Part shown: positions 41,639 through 52,611 of the stretch, one piece after another
Numbering within the stretch: position 1 is the stretch's first letter
Layout: every line of letters starts with the position of its first letter
NCBI GenBank assembly: GCA_963665115.1
Contig: OY762007.1
Span: 2,048,001-2,112,000, forward strand
DNA from: an uncultured Rivularia sp.
Lineage (GTDB): Bacteria; Cyanobacteriota; Cyanobacteriia; Cyanobacteriales; Nostocaceae
Direction of reading: 5' to 3'
DNA length: 64,000 bases
The notes under the pieces: generated by a model
Databases searched by the model: none
The model's input: the letters and a program-made list of their open reading frames with translations, nothing else
Told to the model about the DNA's origin: nothing
Position numbers and translations under genes: made by a program

Positions 41639-42145
41639 ATGATGAATAAAGCTTTGAGAAGCGCATGGCGAGAATTTCAGCAGATGATTTCTCAAATAGA
41701 CAATCGAGATAATCAAGTAAGTATATTTGAATGCATTAAACACTGGTATTTTGGAAACAAAAAAATGTTGTCATCGCATCTAACAGAAGAATATGGGTTA
41801 GAAGAATTAATAAATATAGATACAAAAGATTTTCCGCTTGAAAAATCAGAATGCAGTCCAGAAGACATCAAACGTTATCTTAAAATAGAGTTTTCAAGCG
41901 AACAATCAATGATTGCCTCTTTAAGAGATCAATTATGGGAACTTATTGTTTTAGCAGTAGATATTGAATGTCAACGTTGTGGCAAATTAGAGATGTCAGC
42001 TTTGTTTAATATAGAGACAGAAACGGTTTTTTTTGAATGTACTCAGTGTGGTTGGGTAAAAACAATTGATGAGCAACCAGTTGAATCTATTAAAAAGATA
42101 CGTTTAGCAACAAATCAAGATTTAAAAGTAGCTGGGTTAATATAA
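41639..42145 (+). CDS. Hypothetical protein with a C-terminal C4 zinc ribbon
   Basis: CQRC...CTQC; AT-rich; bracketed by REP hairpins. Confidence 0.7.
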   Translation: MMNKALRSAWREFQQMISQIDNRDNQVSIFECIKHWYFGNKKMLSSHLTEEYGLEELINIDTKDFPLEKSECSPEDIKRYLKIEFSSEQSMIASLRDQLWELIVLAVDIECQRCGKLEMSALFNIETETVFFECTQCGWVKTIDEQPVESIKKIRLATNQDLKVAGLI

Positions 42146-42195
42146 TTTTTTTATGAATAACATTAAGTGTGTATTACAGCATTAAAATCCCTGGC

Positions 42196-42263
42196 TCGTA
42201 GTAAGCGATTTATCGCTTTGTTTTCCGAAGCTAAGGTTAAAAGGACTGAAGTCCTTACTACGA
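42196..42263. repeat. REPIN-like inverted REP pair
   Basis: tcGTAGtaagcgatttatcgctt ... aaggactgaagtccttaCTACga. Confidence 0.75.
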
Positions 42264-42286
42264 ACAAAAGTTGATTTAAAATCAAA

Positions 42287-42835
42287 ATGAATAATTCACG
42301 TTTAACAAAAATAAGTAAATATCTCAGCAAACATTTACGCCATCAGCCAGAAAGAATTGGTACTAAATTAGCCGTTGGTGGTTGGGTTGAAGTTAATGAA
42401 TTATTAGAAGCCTGTAGAAAAAATAAATTTCCTGTTACTCGCGCTGATTTAGAAGAAGTTGTTGCTACAAACGATAAAAAACGCTTTTCTTTTGATTCAA
42501 CTGGAACTAAAATTCGTGCAAATCAAGGGCACAGTGTAGAAGTCGATTTACAGTTGTTACCATCCGTTCCTCCCGATGTACTTTATCACGGTACCGGACA
42601 TAAAACGGTTGAAATAATTATGCAAAATGGACTTCGTAAAATGTCTCGTCATCACGTACATTTATCGTTTGATATTGGTACGGCAAAAAAAGTTGGCGCA
42701 AGACATGGGAAAGCCGTAGTTTTTGAAATTAATGCTGCAAAAATGTATGAAGCGGGTTTCGTTTTCTACTGTTCCGATAACGGAGTATGGTTGACGGATA
42801 ATGTTCCGGTAGAGTATTTGAAAGTTAGGAGTTAG
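42287..42835 (+). CDS. kptA: RNA 2'-phosphotransferase (Tpt1/KptA)
   Basis: SKHLRH, KKRF, IRANQGHS, YHGT and RHHVHLS motifs. Confidence 0.93.
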   Translation: MNNSRLTKISKYLSKHLRHQPERIGTKLAVGGWVEVNELLEACRKNKFPVTRADLEEVVATNDKKRFSFDSTGTKIRANQGHSVEVDLQLLPSVPPDVLYHGTGHKTVEIIMQNGLRKMSRHHVHLSFDIGTAKKVGARHGKAVVFEINAAKMYEAGFVFYCSDNGVWLTDNVPVEYLKVRS

Positions 42836-42891
42836 TAGTAGCGCTTTAGCGCATCCGGGTTCGGAATTCGGATGCGCTAAAGCGCTACTAC
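42835..42891. repeat. 23-bp perfect inverted REP pair (REPIN-like; may act as a bidirectional terminator)
   Basis: gtagtagcgctttagcgcatccg...cggatgcgctaaagcgctactac between convergent genes. Confidence 0.85.
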
Positions 42892-42900
42892 CAACCATGA

Positions 42901-44277
42901 TTACCAATTTTTCATCAAACATTCGGCAATTCGTTTTGCTGCACCAGGTTTACCCATGCGTCGTGCGCCGTTTTTGGCTATTGCGTGCAGTCTATCAGGG
43001 TTTGCAAAAAGGCTTTTGATTTCAGAAGCTACATCGGTAGGTTGTTCGACTAAGATCGCTGAGGAGCCTAAAAGACGGGTTTGGGCTTCGGCGAATGCAA
43101 AAGTAAATTGAGGTCCCTTTCCGGGTACGATAAATGCTGGTTTGCCCAAGCCTATAAACTGTTCGGTGGCTGTACCTGCCATCGCGATCGCAATGTCTCC
43201 CAAGTGCAAGCAGTCGTTATAAGCAGTTTGAGTCAAAATCATGTATGCATTTTTTTGCTCAAACGTCAATGCTTGGTCGTCGGGAATTTTCATGGGTGAT
43301 TCTTGGTTGGGTACAATATTCCAGCCTTGATTTTTGAGGGTTTTGGCTAAAATATCGCAGTCTAAACCGGGGGCAATACCTGCTAAGAATACAAGATTGC
43401 CGGAAGTATGTCCGCTGAAATCTTGTTGGTGGAAGAGTGATATTAATCCAGAAACTGCAACTGTAATTTTTTCCCAATTTTCGTAAGCTTCTGGAGTGCG
43501 GGAACCGGGTAACAAGGTGACTGCTAAAGGACGCTCTAATTCTTGTTTTCGGGTATCGGTAGTATAAAATTTTTGTAAAGGAAAGCTGGGATCTAAGCCA
43601 TCCATCATTGGATTACCAAGATCGAAAGCGGGAATTTTCCACTGTTTTAATATTTCTGTGGTTAAAGAATCTCTCGGAAATACAGCTTTGCAACGGCTGC
43701 GACTCATTAACCATCTTTCCCAAGGTAGGTAATCTGAACCACTCCAGCCTTCCCAACGTTCGGCTTTAGTTTTTCTTTTGAGCCATCCAGTTTCATCTCG
43801 CAGATAGTATTCCGATTTAGCCGTACCAACAAAAGCATATTCAGAACCGCTCAACCAAGCGAACAATAACGGTACGATATCCCCTACAGCCAAAATTTTT
43901 GTGGAATAGCCAGATTTCTGTTGAGTTTTTACCCAGCGACGCACGGCTTTTAGTTGATTAATAGTTAGTTGCAGCAAACCGCCACGAACATCTCTGGCTA
44001 ATTGCCGACTGTCCATGTATATAAAACCACCGCTCGGCATCGAACGTACTGAAGCAATTACGGGAATATTTAGCTGTGCGTAGGCACGCCCTTCACCCAC
44101 CAAAGGTAAAGCGAAGATTTCCGGTGCGGAGGTTTGCTGTTGCAATTCCCGTAAAATCCGGACTGCGATCGCATCTTCCCCATGCCCGTTGCTTAAGGCT
44201 AATAAGCGTAAATTAGAAGTCGTGGCTTGTGTTTTTTCAGTAAAGGGAAGAGGTAATATTTCACTCATGAGAAACAA
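42901..44277 (-). CDS. Lipid-A-disaccharide synthase-related protein
   Basis: LSNGHGED, PLVGEG, GNPMMD, LLPGSR and AMAGTATEQ motifs. Confidence 0.85.
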   Translation of the reverse strand: MFLMSEILPLPFTEKTQATTSNLRLLALSNGHGEDAIAVRILRELQQQTSAPEIFALPLVGEGRAYAQLNIPVIASVRSMPSGGFIYMDSRQLARDVRGGLLQLTINQLKAVRRWVKTQQKSGYSTKILAVGDIVPLLFAWLSGSEYAFVGTAKSEYYLRDETGWLKRKTKAERWEGWSGSDYLPWERWLMSRSRCKAVFPRDSLTTEILKQWKIPAFDLGNPMMDGLDPSFPLQKFYTTDTRKQELERPLAVTLLPGSRTPEAYENWEKITVAVSGLISLFHQQDFSGHTSGNLVFLAGIAPGLDCDILAKTLKNQGWNIVPNQESPMKIPDDQALTFEQKNAYMILTQTAYNDCLHLGDIAIAMAGTATEQFIGLGKPAFIVPGKGPQFTFAFAEAQTRLLGSSAILVEQPTDVASEIKSLFANPDRLHAIAKNGARRMGKPGAAKRIAECLMKNW

Positions 44278-44433
44278 AAATTTTTGATTAGCTGTCTCAA
44301 AAGGTAAGAGGGATATATAAAGTTATAAAAAAACCGAAGAAATTGGAAGTTAGTATTATCCCCGTTGGCGAACCCAATCATCAAAACTCATTATCAAAAT
44401 ACACACTAACTTCAGTTCTTCAGGCTAAATATT

Positions 44434-46575
44434 ATGCGAATTTCTTCTGCTGCTATTTTGACTTTAGCTGCGTTAGCGGCTAGCAATGTTGATAACCAGG
44501 CTACTGCTGCAACCGATTCGACTCCTGTTTCCGACAAGGAAAAAGGTAAAAGCGTCGTCATTCCGGTAGTTGAGGATACCCCTGCACCAATACAAGCTAT
44601 TGCTCAACCAGAAACTTTAGCAGTCGGGCAGTTTTCATCAGTTACCAGTGACCAGTCACCAGTTATCAATGAACAATTATCAGTTAACAATAATCAGGTA
44701 AAGGTTAAAAAGCAAGAAAAAGAAAAAGAAAAAGAACAACAAACACAAATAGTAATTAAAAATTCTTCCTCTCCCAATCCCCCAATCTCCCCCTCTCCTC
44801 CTCTCCCTCCTTCACAAATTCCTGTAAAAACCAATAGTGATTTTGTAGTTCCTGCTAGTAGCGTGCGAATAGTAGGGGTGACTCCGGAGTTACAGGAAGT
44901 TATCAAAGGTGTAATCAAAACTCAACAGGGAGGCGATACCAGTCAAACTCAGTTAAAACAAGATGTTGCGGCGATTTCGGAGACTGGTTTATTTGCTGGA
45001 GCTACTGTCAACAGCCGCAGTGACGAGCAGGGTTTGAGCGTGGTATATCAGGTAAAACCCTTAGTTGTGCGATCGCTGCAACTGTCTAATGCGAAAGCTC
45101 TTTCTTACCAGGTTGCTCAAAAAGTATTTGCTACGCAAATTGGCAAGCCCATTAGTCCGGTTGCGATGAAAAAAGCGGTAGAAGATATTAATAAGTGGTA
45201 TGCCGAAAATAATTATAGTTTGGCACGGATAACTTCAATCAAACCCAACCGTCAGGGGGTATTAGATGTAAGTGTTGCCGAAGGTTTGATCGAAAATGTT
45301 AAATTCCGTTTTGTTAACGATGATAATAAGACTGTTAATAAAAAAGGTAGACCAATTGCAGGGCGTACTCAAACTGAGTTTTTGGAAAAGCAAATAAAGC
45401 TGAAATCCGGTCAAATATTCCAAGATAGCCTGGTTAGACAGGACATACAGCGGTTGTATGCTACTGGATTATTTGAAAGAGTAAATTTGAAAGTTGAAGG
45501 CGATGCTAACAAACTTGATGTAGTTTACTACATTAAGGAAACTGGAACGCGGTCTGTAAATGTAGGTGGTAATTACAGTGCCGACCAAGGAATTGTAGGT
45601 ACTGTAAACTACAACGACAAAAATGTTGGTGGTGTCAACGAAAATTTAAACGTTAATCTCCAAGTTTCTCGGCGCGATTTAAACTTTGATACTAGATTTA
45701 CCAGCCCTTATCGAGCTACTAACCCCGATAACTACGGTTACAGTATTAATGCTTTTCGCAAACGTCAACTTTCGAGTACTTTCGATAACGATATCAAGCT
45801 CGCAAACGGCGATAAAGTCAGGGAAGGAAAATTTGGTGGTAGTGTAAGCCTTCAACGTCCGATTGACGGATGGAATACCAGTTTGGGATTTAACTACACC
45901 CGCGTTAGTATCAGCGACAGCAAAGGAAAAGTTACTGCAAATGATGCTCAAAATAATCCTTTGACTAAAAGCGGTACGGGTATTGATGATTTAGCTACTG
46001 TATCTCTAAATGCCGTTAAAGATCGTCGCGATAATCCCTTTAACCCCACCAAAGGTTCTGTCCTCAAGTTAAGTACGGAACAATCGCTTCCCTTCGGACA
46101 AGGGGAAATATCAATGAACCGTGTAAAGGCTGATTATACACAGTTTGTACCAGTAGAATTATTTAAATCTTCTAAAAATCAAGTATTTGCCTTTAACGTT
46201 CAAGCAGGTACGGTAATCGGGGATTTACCACCTTATGAAACTTTTGATTTAGGCGGTTCTAATTCGGTTCGCGGTTACGGGGCTGGTGATGTTGGTAACG
46301 GTCGTTCTTACGTATTAGCTTCAGCAGAATATCGCTTTCCTCTCCCAGTCTTAGATTCATTAGGAGGGGTACTATTCGCTGACTTTGCTACAGATTTGGG
46401 TTCCGGGGATACGGTAATAGGAGATCCTGCTGGAGTACGCGGTAAACCTGGTGAAGGATTTGGATATGGTGCTGGAGTACGTCTAAATTCACCTTTAGGT
46501 TTAATTCGTGCCGACTACGGTATTAATAATCAAGGTGATACTAAAGTACATTTTGGTATTGGTCAGCGGTTTTGA
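44434..46575 (+). CDS. BamA/Omp85 family outer-membrane protein
   Basis: Signal peptide, POTRA region, LGGSNSVRGY, C-terminal FGIGQRF. Confidence 0.9.
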   Translation: MRISSAAILTLAALAASNVDNQATAATDSTPVSDKEKGKSVVIPVVEDTPAPIQAIAQPETLAVGQFSSVTSDQSPVINEQLSVNNNQVKVKKQEKEKEKEQQTQIVIKNSSSPNPPISPSPPLPPSQIPVKTNSDFVVPASSVRIVGVTPELQEVIKGVIKTQQGGDTSQTQLKQDVAAISETGLFAGATVNSRSDEQGLSVVYQVKPLVVRSLQLSNAKALSYQVAQKVFATQIGKPISPVAMKKAVEDINKWYAENNYSLARITSIKPNRQGVLDVSVAEGLIENVKFRFVNDDNKTVNKKGRPIAGRTQTEFLEKQIKLKSGQIFQDSLVRQDIQRLYATGLFERVNLKVEGDANKLDVVYYIKETGTRSVNVGGNYSADQGIVGTVNYNDKNVGGVNENLNVNLQVSRRDLNFDTRFTSPYRATNPDNYGYSINAFRKRQLSSTFDNDIKLANGDKVREGKFGGSVSLQRPIDGWNTSLGFNYTRVSISDSKGKVTANDAQNNPLTKSGTGIDDLATVSLNAVKDRRDNPFNPTKGSVLKLSTEQSLPFGQGEISMNRVKADYTQFVPVELFKSSKNQVFAFNVQAGTVIGDLPPYETFDLGGSNSVRGYGAGDVGNGRSYVLASAEYRFPLPVLDSLGGVLFADFATDLGSGDTVIGDPAGVRGKPGEGFGYGAGVRLNSPLGLIRADYGINNQGDTKVHFGIGQRF

Positions 46576-46600
46576 CAGTGAGCGGTGAGCAGTGAGCAGT

Positions 46601-46675
46601 TGTAGAGACGCGATAGCGCTTAACGGAGCGTACTGTAGGTATTGCGTCGTGCCCATAGGGCATTATATCGCGTCT
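46601..46675. repeat. GTAG REP with nested short insertions
   Basis: GTAGagacgcgat[...]atcgcgtct arms separated by about 50 nt of small hairpins. Confidence 0.6.
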
Positions 46676-47119
46676 TATCACTCTGCATTCTGTGGTAGTT
46701 CAAAATTTTACGATCGAGGAACGTCCGGGAAATTAGACTTTCTAACCTAAAAATGGTATAATATTGCTCTAAATTTGATTTGTCTTTTATTTAATTATAA
46801 AATTAGCTAATATCTACTTAGATCCGCATATCAGCAATTGATGGACTATTAGTTATAGTTAACTAAATCGGGGTAAATATTTTTATTATTTAAGTGGTAT
46901 TTTCTACTGCTGGTTACTTATACTTGCCAAAAAATAGAATATTAAAGTTTAATATGCAATTAGAAAAAGCAATAAATTAAAACAAACTAGATTTCTGTAG
47001 TATTTTTTACTATTTTTCAGCTTTAGTTTTCAAATTATCTAAGTAACGAGCTAGTCCTAGTTTAAAATTGGTAATTAGATTGCCCGTGCCCAATTGTTAA
47101 ATCCCAAAGTTAAATCACT

Positions 47120-48827
47120 ATGCTAACTGGTAAAACCTTACAGGGTGGTAAATATACTATCAACCAGGAAATTGGAAGGGGTGGTTTTGGTATTACCTAC
47201 AAAGCAACTCATCATTTCCTACATCAGGAAGTGGTGATTAAAACCCTTAACCATAAACTCCAAAAGCATCCGGATTTCGCTAAATTTGAAAGTCAATTCC
47301 AGGATGAGGCTAGAAGACTTGCTAGTTGCGTTCATCCTAATATTGTGCGAGTCAGCGACTTCTTTGTAGAAGCTGATTTTCCTTATATGGTGATGGAATA
47401 TATTCCTGGTGAAACCTTGGGTGAAGCATTTGTGATGCCGGGAATATCTTTACCCGAAGATCAAGCAATTCATTATATTCGTCAAGTTGGTGCGGCTTTA
47501 GGAGCAGTACATCAAAAAGGTTTACTGCACCGGGATATCAAGCCAGATAATATTATTCTTCGTCAAAACACTAACGAAGTAATTTTAATTGATTTTGGTA
47601 TTGCGCGGGAATTTAACACTGGGGTAAAACAAGCCCATACCGGAATGGTTTCTGAAGGCTATTCTCCAATGGAACAATACCTGACAAACGCAAAGCGATC
47701 GCCAGCTACTGATGTATACGGTTTGGCATCTACGCTGTACGCATTGTTAACCGGGCAAGTACCAATGCCGGTATTGTTGCGCGATAAAGAAAAAATGCCC
47801 TCTCCTCGCGAATTGCAGCCGCATTTGAGTGCTGCGGTGAATCAAGCGGTAATGCGCGGAATGGCTGTAGAAGCGCGTTTTCGTCCGCAGACGATAGTAG
47901 ATTGGTTGGATTCATTACCTGAAATCGGAAGAAGAACTGTAATTCAACCAGTATCGACTCATGCAGTACCAACTATTGATTTATCTACCCAGGAATACGA
48001 GCCACCTTTACCACCACCGGCTGTAGCCGTAGTAAATCCTGATATACCATCTGCGCGAGTAAATCCAGATGAAGCAACTACCCACGCACAAAAACCTTGG
48101 TTTAAGAAAGTACCTTCACCTAGAGTTTTGATTAGTACTGGTGTCGCAATTTTTGGGGTTACATTGGGTTTTGGCCTTACTAAGATTGCTTCTACTGCCG
48201 AAAAACAGCCAAAAGTGGCACCAATTAATGAAACAGCCGCCGAAATACTACCTAGTATAGAATTAACTCCTTCGCCTTCATTTTCACCTTTACCTTCACC
48301 GCAAGAAACAGAAGATGCGAAAGTTGAGGAAACACCTTCAAGCACAACAGCTACAAAGCAAAGAAGGATTAGAAAGAGAAACTAGAACCAAATCAGCAGC
48401 AAGTTATACTCCTAAACGCCGTAGACGCAGCAGTAATACTTCGAGAAGTAGATCAACTCGTAAAAAATCATCTTCACCTTCTAGGGTGATTAAGAAGAAA
48501 TCTACTTCAACTTCAAGTCAATCAACAAAAGGCAACTCATCGAATAACAACAATAGTTCTTCAGGAGCATCGCAAACACAGCGTAGTAACAGCACTAAAC
48601 CTAAAACAACTTCTACTCCACCCAAAAAAATAGTTCCTTCACCATCTTTAGTAGAAAGACTCAGAAAAGTCAGAGATTCTCGTAATGATAGTTCATCTTC
48701 TAAAAATAGCGTCAAATTGAAACCCGTTAAGAAGCCTAGTAAACCCGTGGTGATACCAGTAACACCAGCAAAACAATCAAAAAATTCCAATCCTCCAGCA
48801 GTGGTAGTACCAACTAATCAGGAGTAG
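47120..48827 (+). CDS. Ser/Thr protein kinase with TM segment and low-complexity tail (probable +1 frameshift near 48379-48381)
   Basis: [14 protein letters not shown] and DFG motifs; the S/T/K-rich tail continues in overlapping ORF 48315..48827. Confidence 0.85.
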
Positions 48828-48974
48828 AGAGTAGGGAGTAGGGAGTAGAGAGTAGGGAGTAGGAAGTAGAGAGTAGGGAGTAGAGAGTAGGGAGTAGAGA
48901 GTAGAGAGTGGGGAGTAGGGAGTAGGAAGTAGGGAGTAGGAAGTAGAGAGTAGGGAGTAGGAAGTAGAGAGTAG
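48821..48974. repeat. STRR heptamer array, about 22 units of (G/A)GAGTAG
   Basis: Direct tandem repeat at the end of the kinase gene. Confidence 0.9.
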
Positions 48975-49101
48975 GGGGAGAAGAAATTACATTGTTTCCC
49001 TATTCCCCATTCCCCATTCCCTCTTTTGCAACTATTTAATGCCACGTAGTAAGTACGGAGCCAAGCTATTATTTTTGAGTTTTCATTTCAACTTATTCTT
49101 C

Positions 49102-50073
49102 CTACTCGCTACTCCCTACAGCTTTAGAAATAGCGAGTTTTTTTTCGATTTGCTCTATTGCAGCTTGCCAAACTTCATACCCGTTTAAACTTAAGTGCAA
49201 GCCATCGGTAGTTAATTCTTGTCGTAAATCGCCTTTAAAATCAGTGAACCATTTATGAATATTTACGTAATTAACTCCTTCTTCTTTGGCGATACGTGCT
49301 AATTGCCCGTTGAGGTTGCGAATGCGGGTGTTAGGAATTTTTGGGCGACGAGTTGGTAATATTGACTGAATAATAATATGACTATTAGGATGAGTAATCT
49401 TCAAACGACGAACAATCCGACGATGATTGCTCAAAATTATTTTATCTGACGTACCTTTTCTTAAGTCGTTTACTCCAGCCATGAGATAAATTGCTTCTGG
49501 CTTTGTCGCAGAGAATGCAGATAGTCTTGTAAGTATTCCAGTGGAAGTATCGCCTGAGATGCCTTGATTTAACCATAACTTTCCATTGGGAAGTCCATTC
49601 GTCGGAAACCATAAACTCAAAGAATCGCCTAGCATAATACTCAAACGATTCTTTCCTTGCCCTTTAGTCATTGCTCTAGCTTCTAAGGCTAACAATCTTT
49701 TCCAGTCTTGATATGTTAATTTAGGCTTTCTTCTAGTAATTAGCAGCGATTGCACTTTATCGTTAGCCAAGCGGGTATAAATATAACCTGCTTTTAGAGC
49801 AGCTAATCTTTCGTAATAAAGTTGGCTTCCAGAAATTAATCTTCTTCTTACAGGTTGAGGAGGATTATAAGAAGATTGTGCTGGTGTTGAAAAGCTTTGA
49901 GGTATAGAGTCAGATGCAGAAGCTGCATCTTCAAGTTTTTTTTGCCAACCATTTTTCCGATTTAACAAAGGCTGATAGTGTTCCGGTTTGAGCGCTGATA
50001 GCCGTGGTAAAGCCGATGTCGGCACCGTCAATCCGATTAACAAGCTTGCTGCCAGTAAATAAAAATCTCTCAT
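49102..50073 (-). CDS. SGNH/GDSL hydrolase
   Basis: GDSL, NQGISGD, GVND and DGLH motifs. Confidence 0.9.
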   Translation of the reverse strand: MRDFYLLAASLLIGLTVPTSALPRLSALKPEHYQPLLNRKNGWQKKLEDAASASDSIPQSFSTPAQSSYNPPQPVRRRLISGSQLYYERLAALKAGYIYTRLANDKVQSLLITRRKPKLTYQDWKRLLALEARAMTKGQGKNRLSIMLGDSLSLWFPTNGLPNGKLWLNQGISGDTSTGILTRLSAFSATKPEAIYLMAGVNDLRKGTSDKIILSNHRRIVRRLKITHPNSHIIIQSILPTRRPKIPNTRIRNLNGQLARIAKEEGVNYVNIHKWFTDFKGDLRQELTTDGLHLSLNGYEVWQAAIEQIEKKLAISKAVGSSE

Positions 50074-50492
50074 ATTATTTTTTCTTTCCTCCCTGCTTAC
50101 TCAAATAACGGCATTAGCTTGCTGAATTGACGAAAAATAGCAATGAAAGCTAATTTATTACATTTATCATTTTCAAATACATCTTATAGAGATGTAAAGC
50201 GACTTTTTACTGGATTTATTAAATTCTCTGCAAAGAAATTTCGGTATACTCGGAGACTTGATAAAGTTTTTACAATTAAGTACTAAAATTCAGCAAATCT
50301 ACATAAGTATATCCACAAGTATTTTAGCTTTGCTTGAAAAATAGTCATAAAAAAGCGCAGTCACCTTAACTGCGAATTAATACAGAACTTATTTAAGCTC
50401 ATTTTTGTAAACCTCATGTCAAAATAATTCAAAAAGTGGTCACTGACGGGACAAGCTACGTTAAGGTAATTTATACGTGAGTATTGTAATAT

Positions 50493-51410
50493 TTACTTAA
50501 TTTCGCTATCGTCGAATCTATACTTGCTTCCTATCAGATAATTTTCATTAATTTCAAAAGACATCCAACGGCGTTGTAAAGTTTCCGCGACAAAACCTGT
50601 TGTATTAGAACCTGCAAAGGGATCTAATACAATATCACTCTCGTCTGTCAAAAATCTAATGAAGAACTCCGCAAAACCACGGGGAAAACGTGCTGGATGA
50701 GGTTTGATTCCCGCTTGTTTGCAGTGTCGCATATAAGCACTGTTTGATTCGGTGTTAGCAATTTCTAGCAAATTTGGTGGAATTGCCCCTTTATTATCTT
50801 TCTGAAATTTATCAGAAATATCGTGTCCGCTGGGACGTAATTTTGCTTTATAACCTTTTTCAAGCAAATTTTTCATGCTTTTGCTGTAAGGCTTCAAAAC
50901 TTTTCGGTTATCGGCTTTGGGATGAGGCGTTTTCGACAACCACCAAACTGAATTAACAGAATCTTTCACTCGTATACGTCTAATAGTTACCCATTCAGCA
51001 GGAGTAGGTAATCTGGAAGGATTGTAATGATAAAATTCTTGAGCAAGATAAAAGCCAACTTCCTTACACAGTTTGACTAAAAGCTCGTATTGGTAAATAC
51101 TGCGAATCGGATTACCGGGAAGATAAGTGCCGCCCAAATCTAATACGAAAGAGCCATTTTCTGCAAGCACTCTTTTAAATTGATCGGCAAAAGGTAAAAA
51201 CCATTCTATATATTTATCCGCGCTTTCGTTGCCGTATTCTTTTTTGCGAGTTAGCGCGAATGGTGGGGAAGTAAGAATTAAATTTATACTGTTTTCTGGG
51301 ATTGATTTTGTTAATTCTAAGCTGTCTCCTAAGTAGGTAGCGCCATTTTTTGTGGAGTAGTAGGGGGGGAGTTGGGTTAAGTTTGGGGGATTGTTTTTTT
51401 GGGGTTTCAA
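50493..51410 (-). CDS. Orphan beta-class N4-cytosine/N6-adenine DNA methyltransferase, M.PvuII-like
   Basis: TSPPFAL..KKEYGN, HPARFP and DPFAGSNTTG motifs. The ORF-track ATG at 51458 lies inside a REP, so TTG at 51410 is the preferred start. Confidence 0.88.
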   Translation of the reverse strand: MKPQKNNPPNLTQLPPYYSTKNGATYLGDSLELTKSIPENSINLILTSPPFALTRKKEYGNESADKYIEWFLPFADQFKRVLAENGSFVLDLGGTYLPGNPIRSIYQYELLVKLCKEVGFYLAQEFYHYNPSRLPTPAEWVTIRRIRVKDSVNSVWWLSKTPHPKADNRKVLKPYSKSMKNLLEKGYKAKLRPSGHDISDKFQKDNKGAIPPNLLEIANTESNSAYMRHCKQAGIKPHPARFPRGFAEFFIRFLTDESDIVLDPFAGSNTTGFVAETLQRRWMSFEINENYLIGSKYRFDDSEIK

Positions 51411-51561
51411 GTGGTGGTTTTTTCTTTGTAATTTGATTGGACGGGCAGGGATGCCCATCCCACAAGAGTTTTATAATTTTGATTTTTAGTTATCTAGATA
51501 ATTTTATAGGTAGAGAGCTTACTACACAAGAAGATTATTTGAAAAAATCTGAATTATAAAA

Positions 51562-52032
51562 TTATTCTGATAACTGCCATAAAAAAGGATATTCTTCTGG
51601 CATCTTAGAAAGAGCTGCTTTCACTGGATTTTGTCTAATGTATTTCCAATAGTAACCAAACTCTTGCTCGTTTCTCACAATATGGTCGTGTCGTTCATCT
51701 TGCCATACCGTTCCTATATGTTTCATTACTTTAGGAATTTGATTGGCACTATAACTTTTAATGCTATGAAGTATACTACTGAGCAACCAAAATTCTTTTT
51801 CTGATTTAGGTAAAGGTTTTATTAATATATGTACGTGGTCTACCATTACAACTAAAACAAATATTTTATATCTTTTCTTATTAAAGAATAAGCAACTGTC
51901 AAATACAACTTGTCTCGCTTCTGGAGTAAGTTCTAATTTTTCCCAAGTATTAAAAGTAATAAAATAAGTAGAACCTTCTAATTCCCAGTGAGGTAATCGT
52001 CTTTGGGAGGTTGTAAATTTTGGTTTTTGCAT
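51562..52032 (-). CDS. REP-associated tyrosine transposase (RAYT)
   Basis: RRLPHW, YFITF, MVDHVH (HUH), WQDERHDH and YIRQNP motifs; start MQKPK at 52032. Confidence 0.9.
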   Translation of the reverse strand: MQKPKFTTSQRRLPHWELEGSTYFITFNTWEKLELTPEARQVVFDSCLFFNKKRYKIFVLVVMVDHVHILIKPLPKSEKEFWLLSSILHSIKSYSANQIPKVMKHIGTVWQDERHDHIVRNEQEFGYYWKYIRQNPVKAALSKMPEEYPFLWQLSE

Positions 52033-52188
52033 TTGATTTAAAAAAATATTAAAGTAGGTTTGGGCGGGCAGGGATGCCCCGCAGTCGCTACAAATCTGGG
52101 AACCAGAGCAACGCGCTGTTCTCCACCCCACAAGAATTTGAGGATATAAGCTTCTGGTTTTATTTAAATCAATTTTATTCAGTAAATT

Positions 52189-52476
52189 TTGGTTTGTCTT
52201 GTGGATGAAACTTTTTCTGATGCACATCTCACAAGAAATAAGAAAATATTGACTGCTGCTAATCTTAGTTATGCCTTTTTAGATGGGGCTAATCTTAAAG
52301 GTGCTAATTTAGAGAGTGCCAACATTTATGAAGTTTCCGTTGTGGGAACTAACTTTGAAAATGCCAACCTGCGAGGAACTGTTGGTTTCTTTGGTGAGGC
52401 TCTTGGATCTTTCTATCACAATACTATTATGCGTAACGGTGGTATTTGTACTCAACCGTATACGGAAGAATATTGA
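52189..52476 (+). pseudogene. Pentapeptide repeat protein fragment between inverted REPs
   Basis: ANLSY-AFLDG-ANLKG-ANLES repeats; no convincing start. Confidence 0.55.
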
Positions 52477-52546
52477 TTATCTCTTGTGGGGTGGGCATCC
52501 CTGCCCGCCATTTATTTCTATTCATTCCCAACCCCCAATTCCATAC

Positions 52547-52580
52547 AAAAAATCCCCCACCTTTCGATGAGGGATTTTTT
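52547..52580 (-). terminator. Rho-independent terminator of psaAB
   Basis: aaaaaatccc...gggatttttt. Confidence 0.75.
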
Positions 52581-52611
52581 GTTTTTAACAAGTTACTTAC
52601 TTCGTTAAAGG

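Larger units (their letters stand above)
51439..52509. mobile_element. Second REPtron-like element (RAYT plus GTGG-type REPs)
   Basis: REP cttGTGGggtgggcatccctgcccgcc copies at 51439-51468 (rev), 52063-52135 (rev, with insertion) and 52481-52509 (fwd); another copy at 41478-41505. Confidence 0.75.

Noticed and set aside
48818..49045. 75-aa ORF (PYSLLPT repeats)
   Set aside because: Translation of the STRR heptamer array
8669..51458. Complete restriction-modification systems
   Set aside because: Neither methyltransferase has an adjacent endonuclease-like ORF in this window
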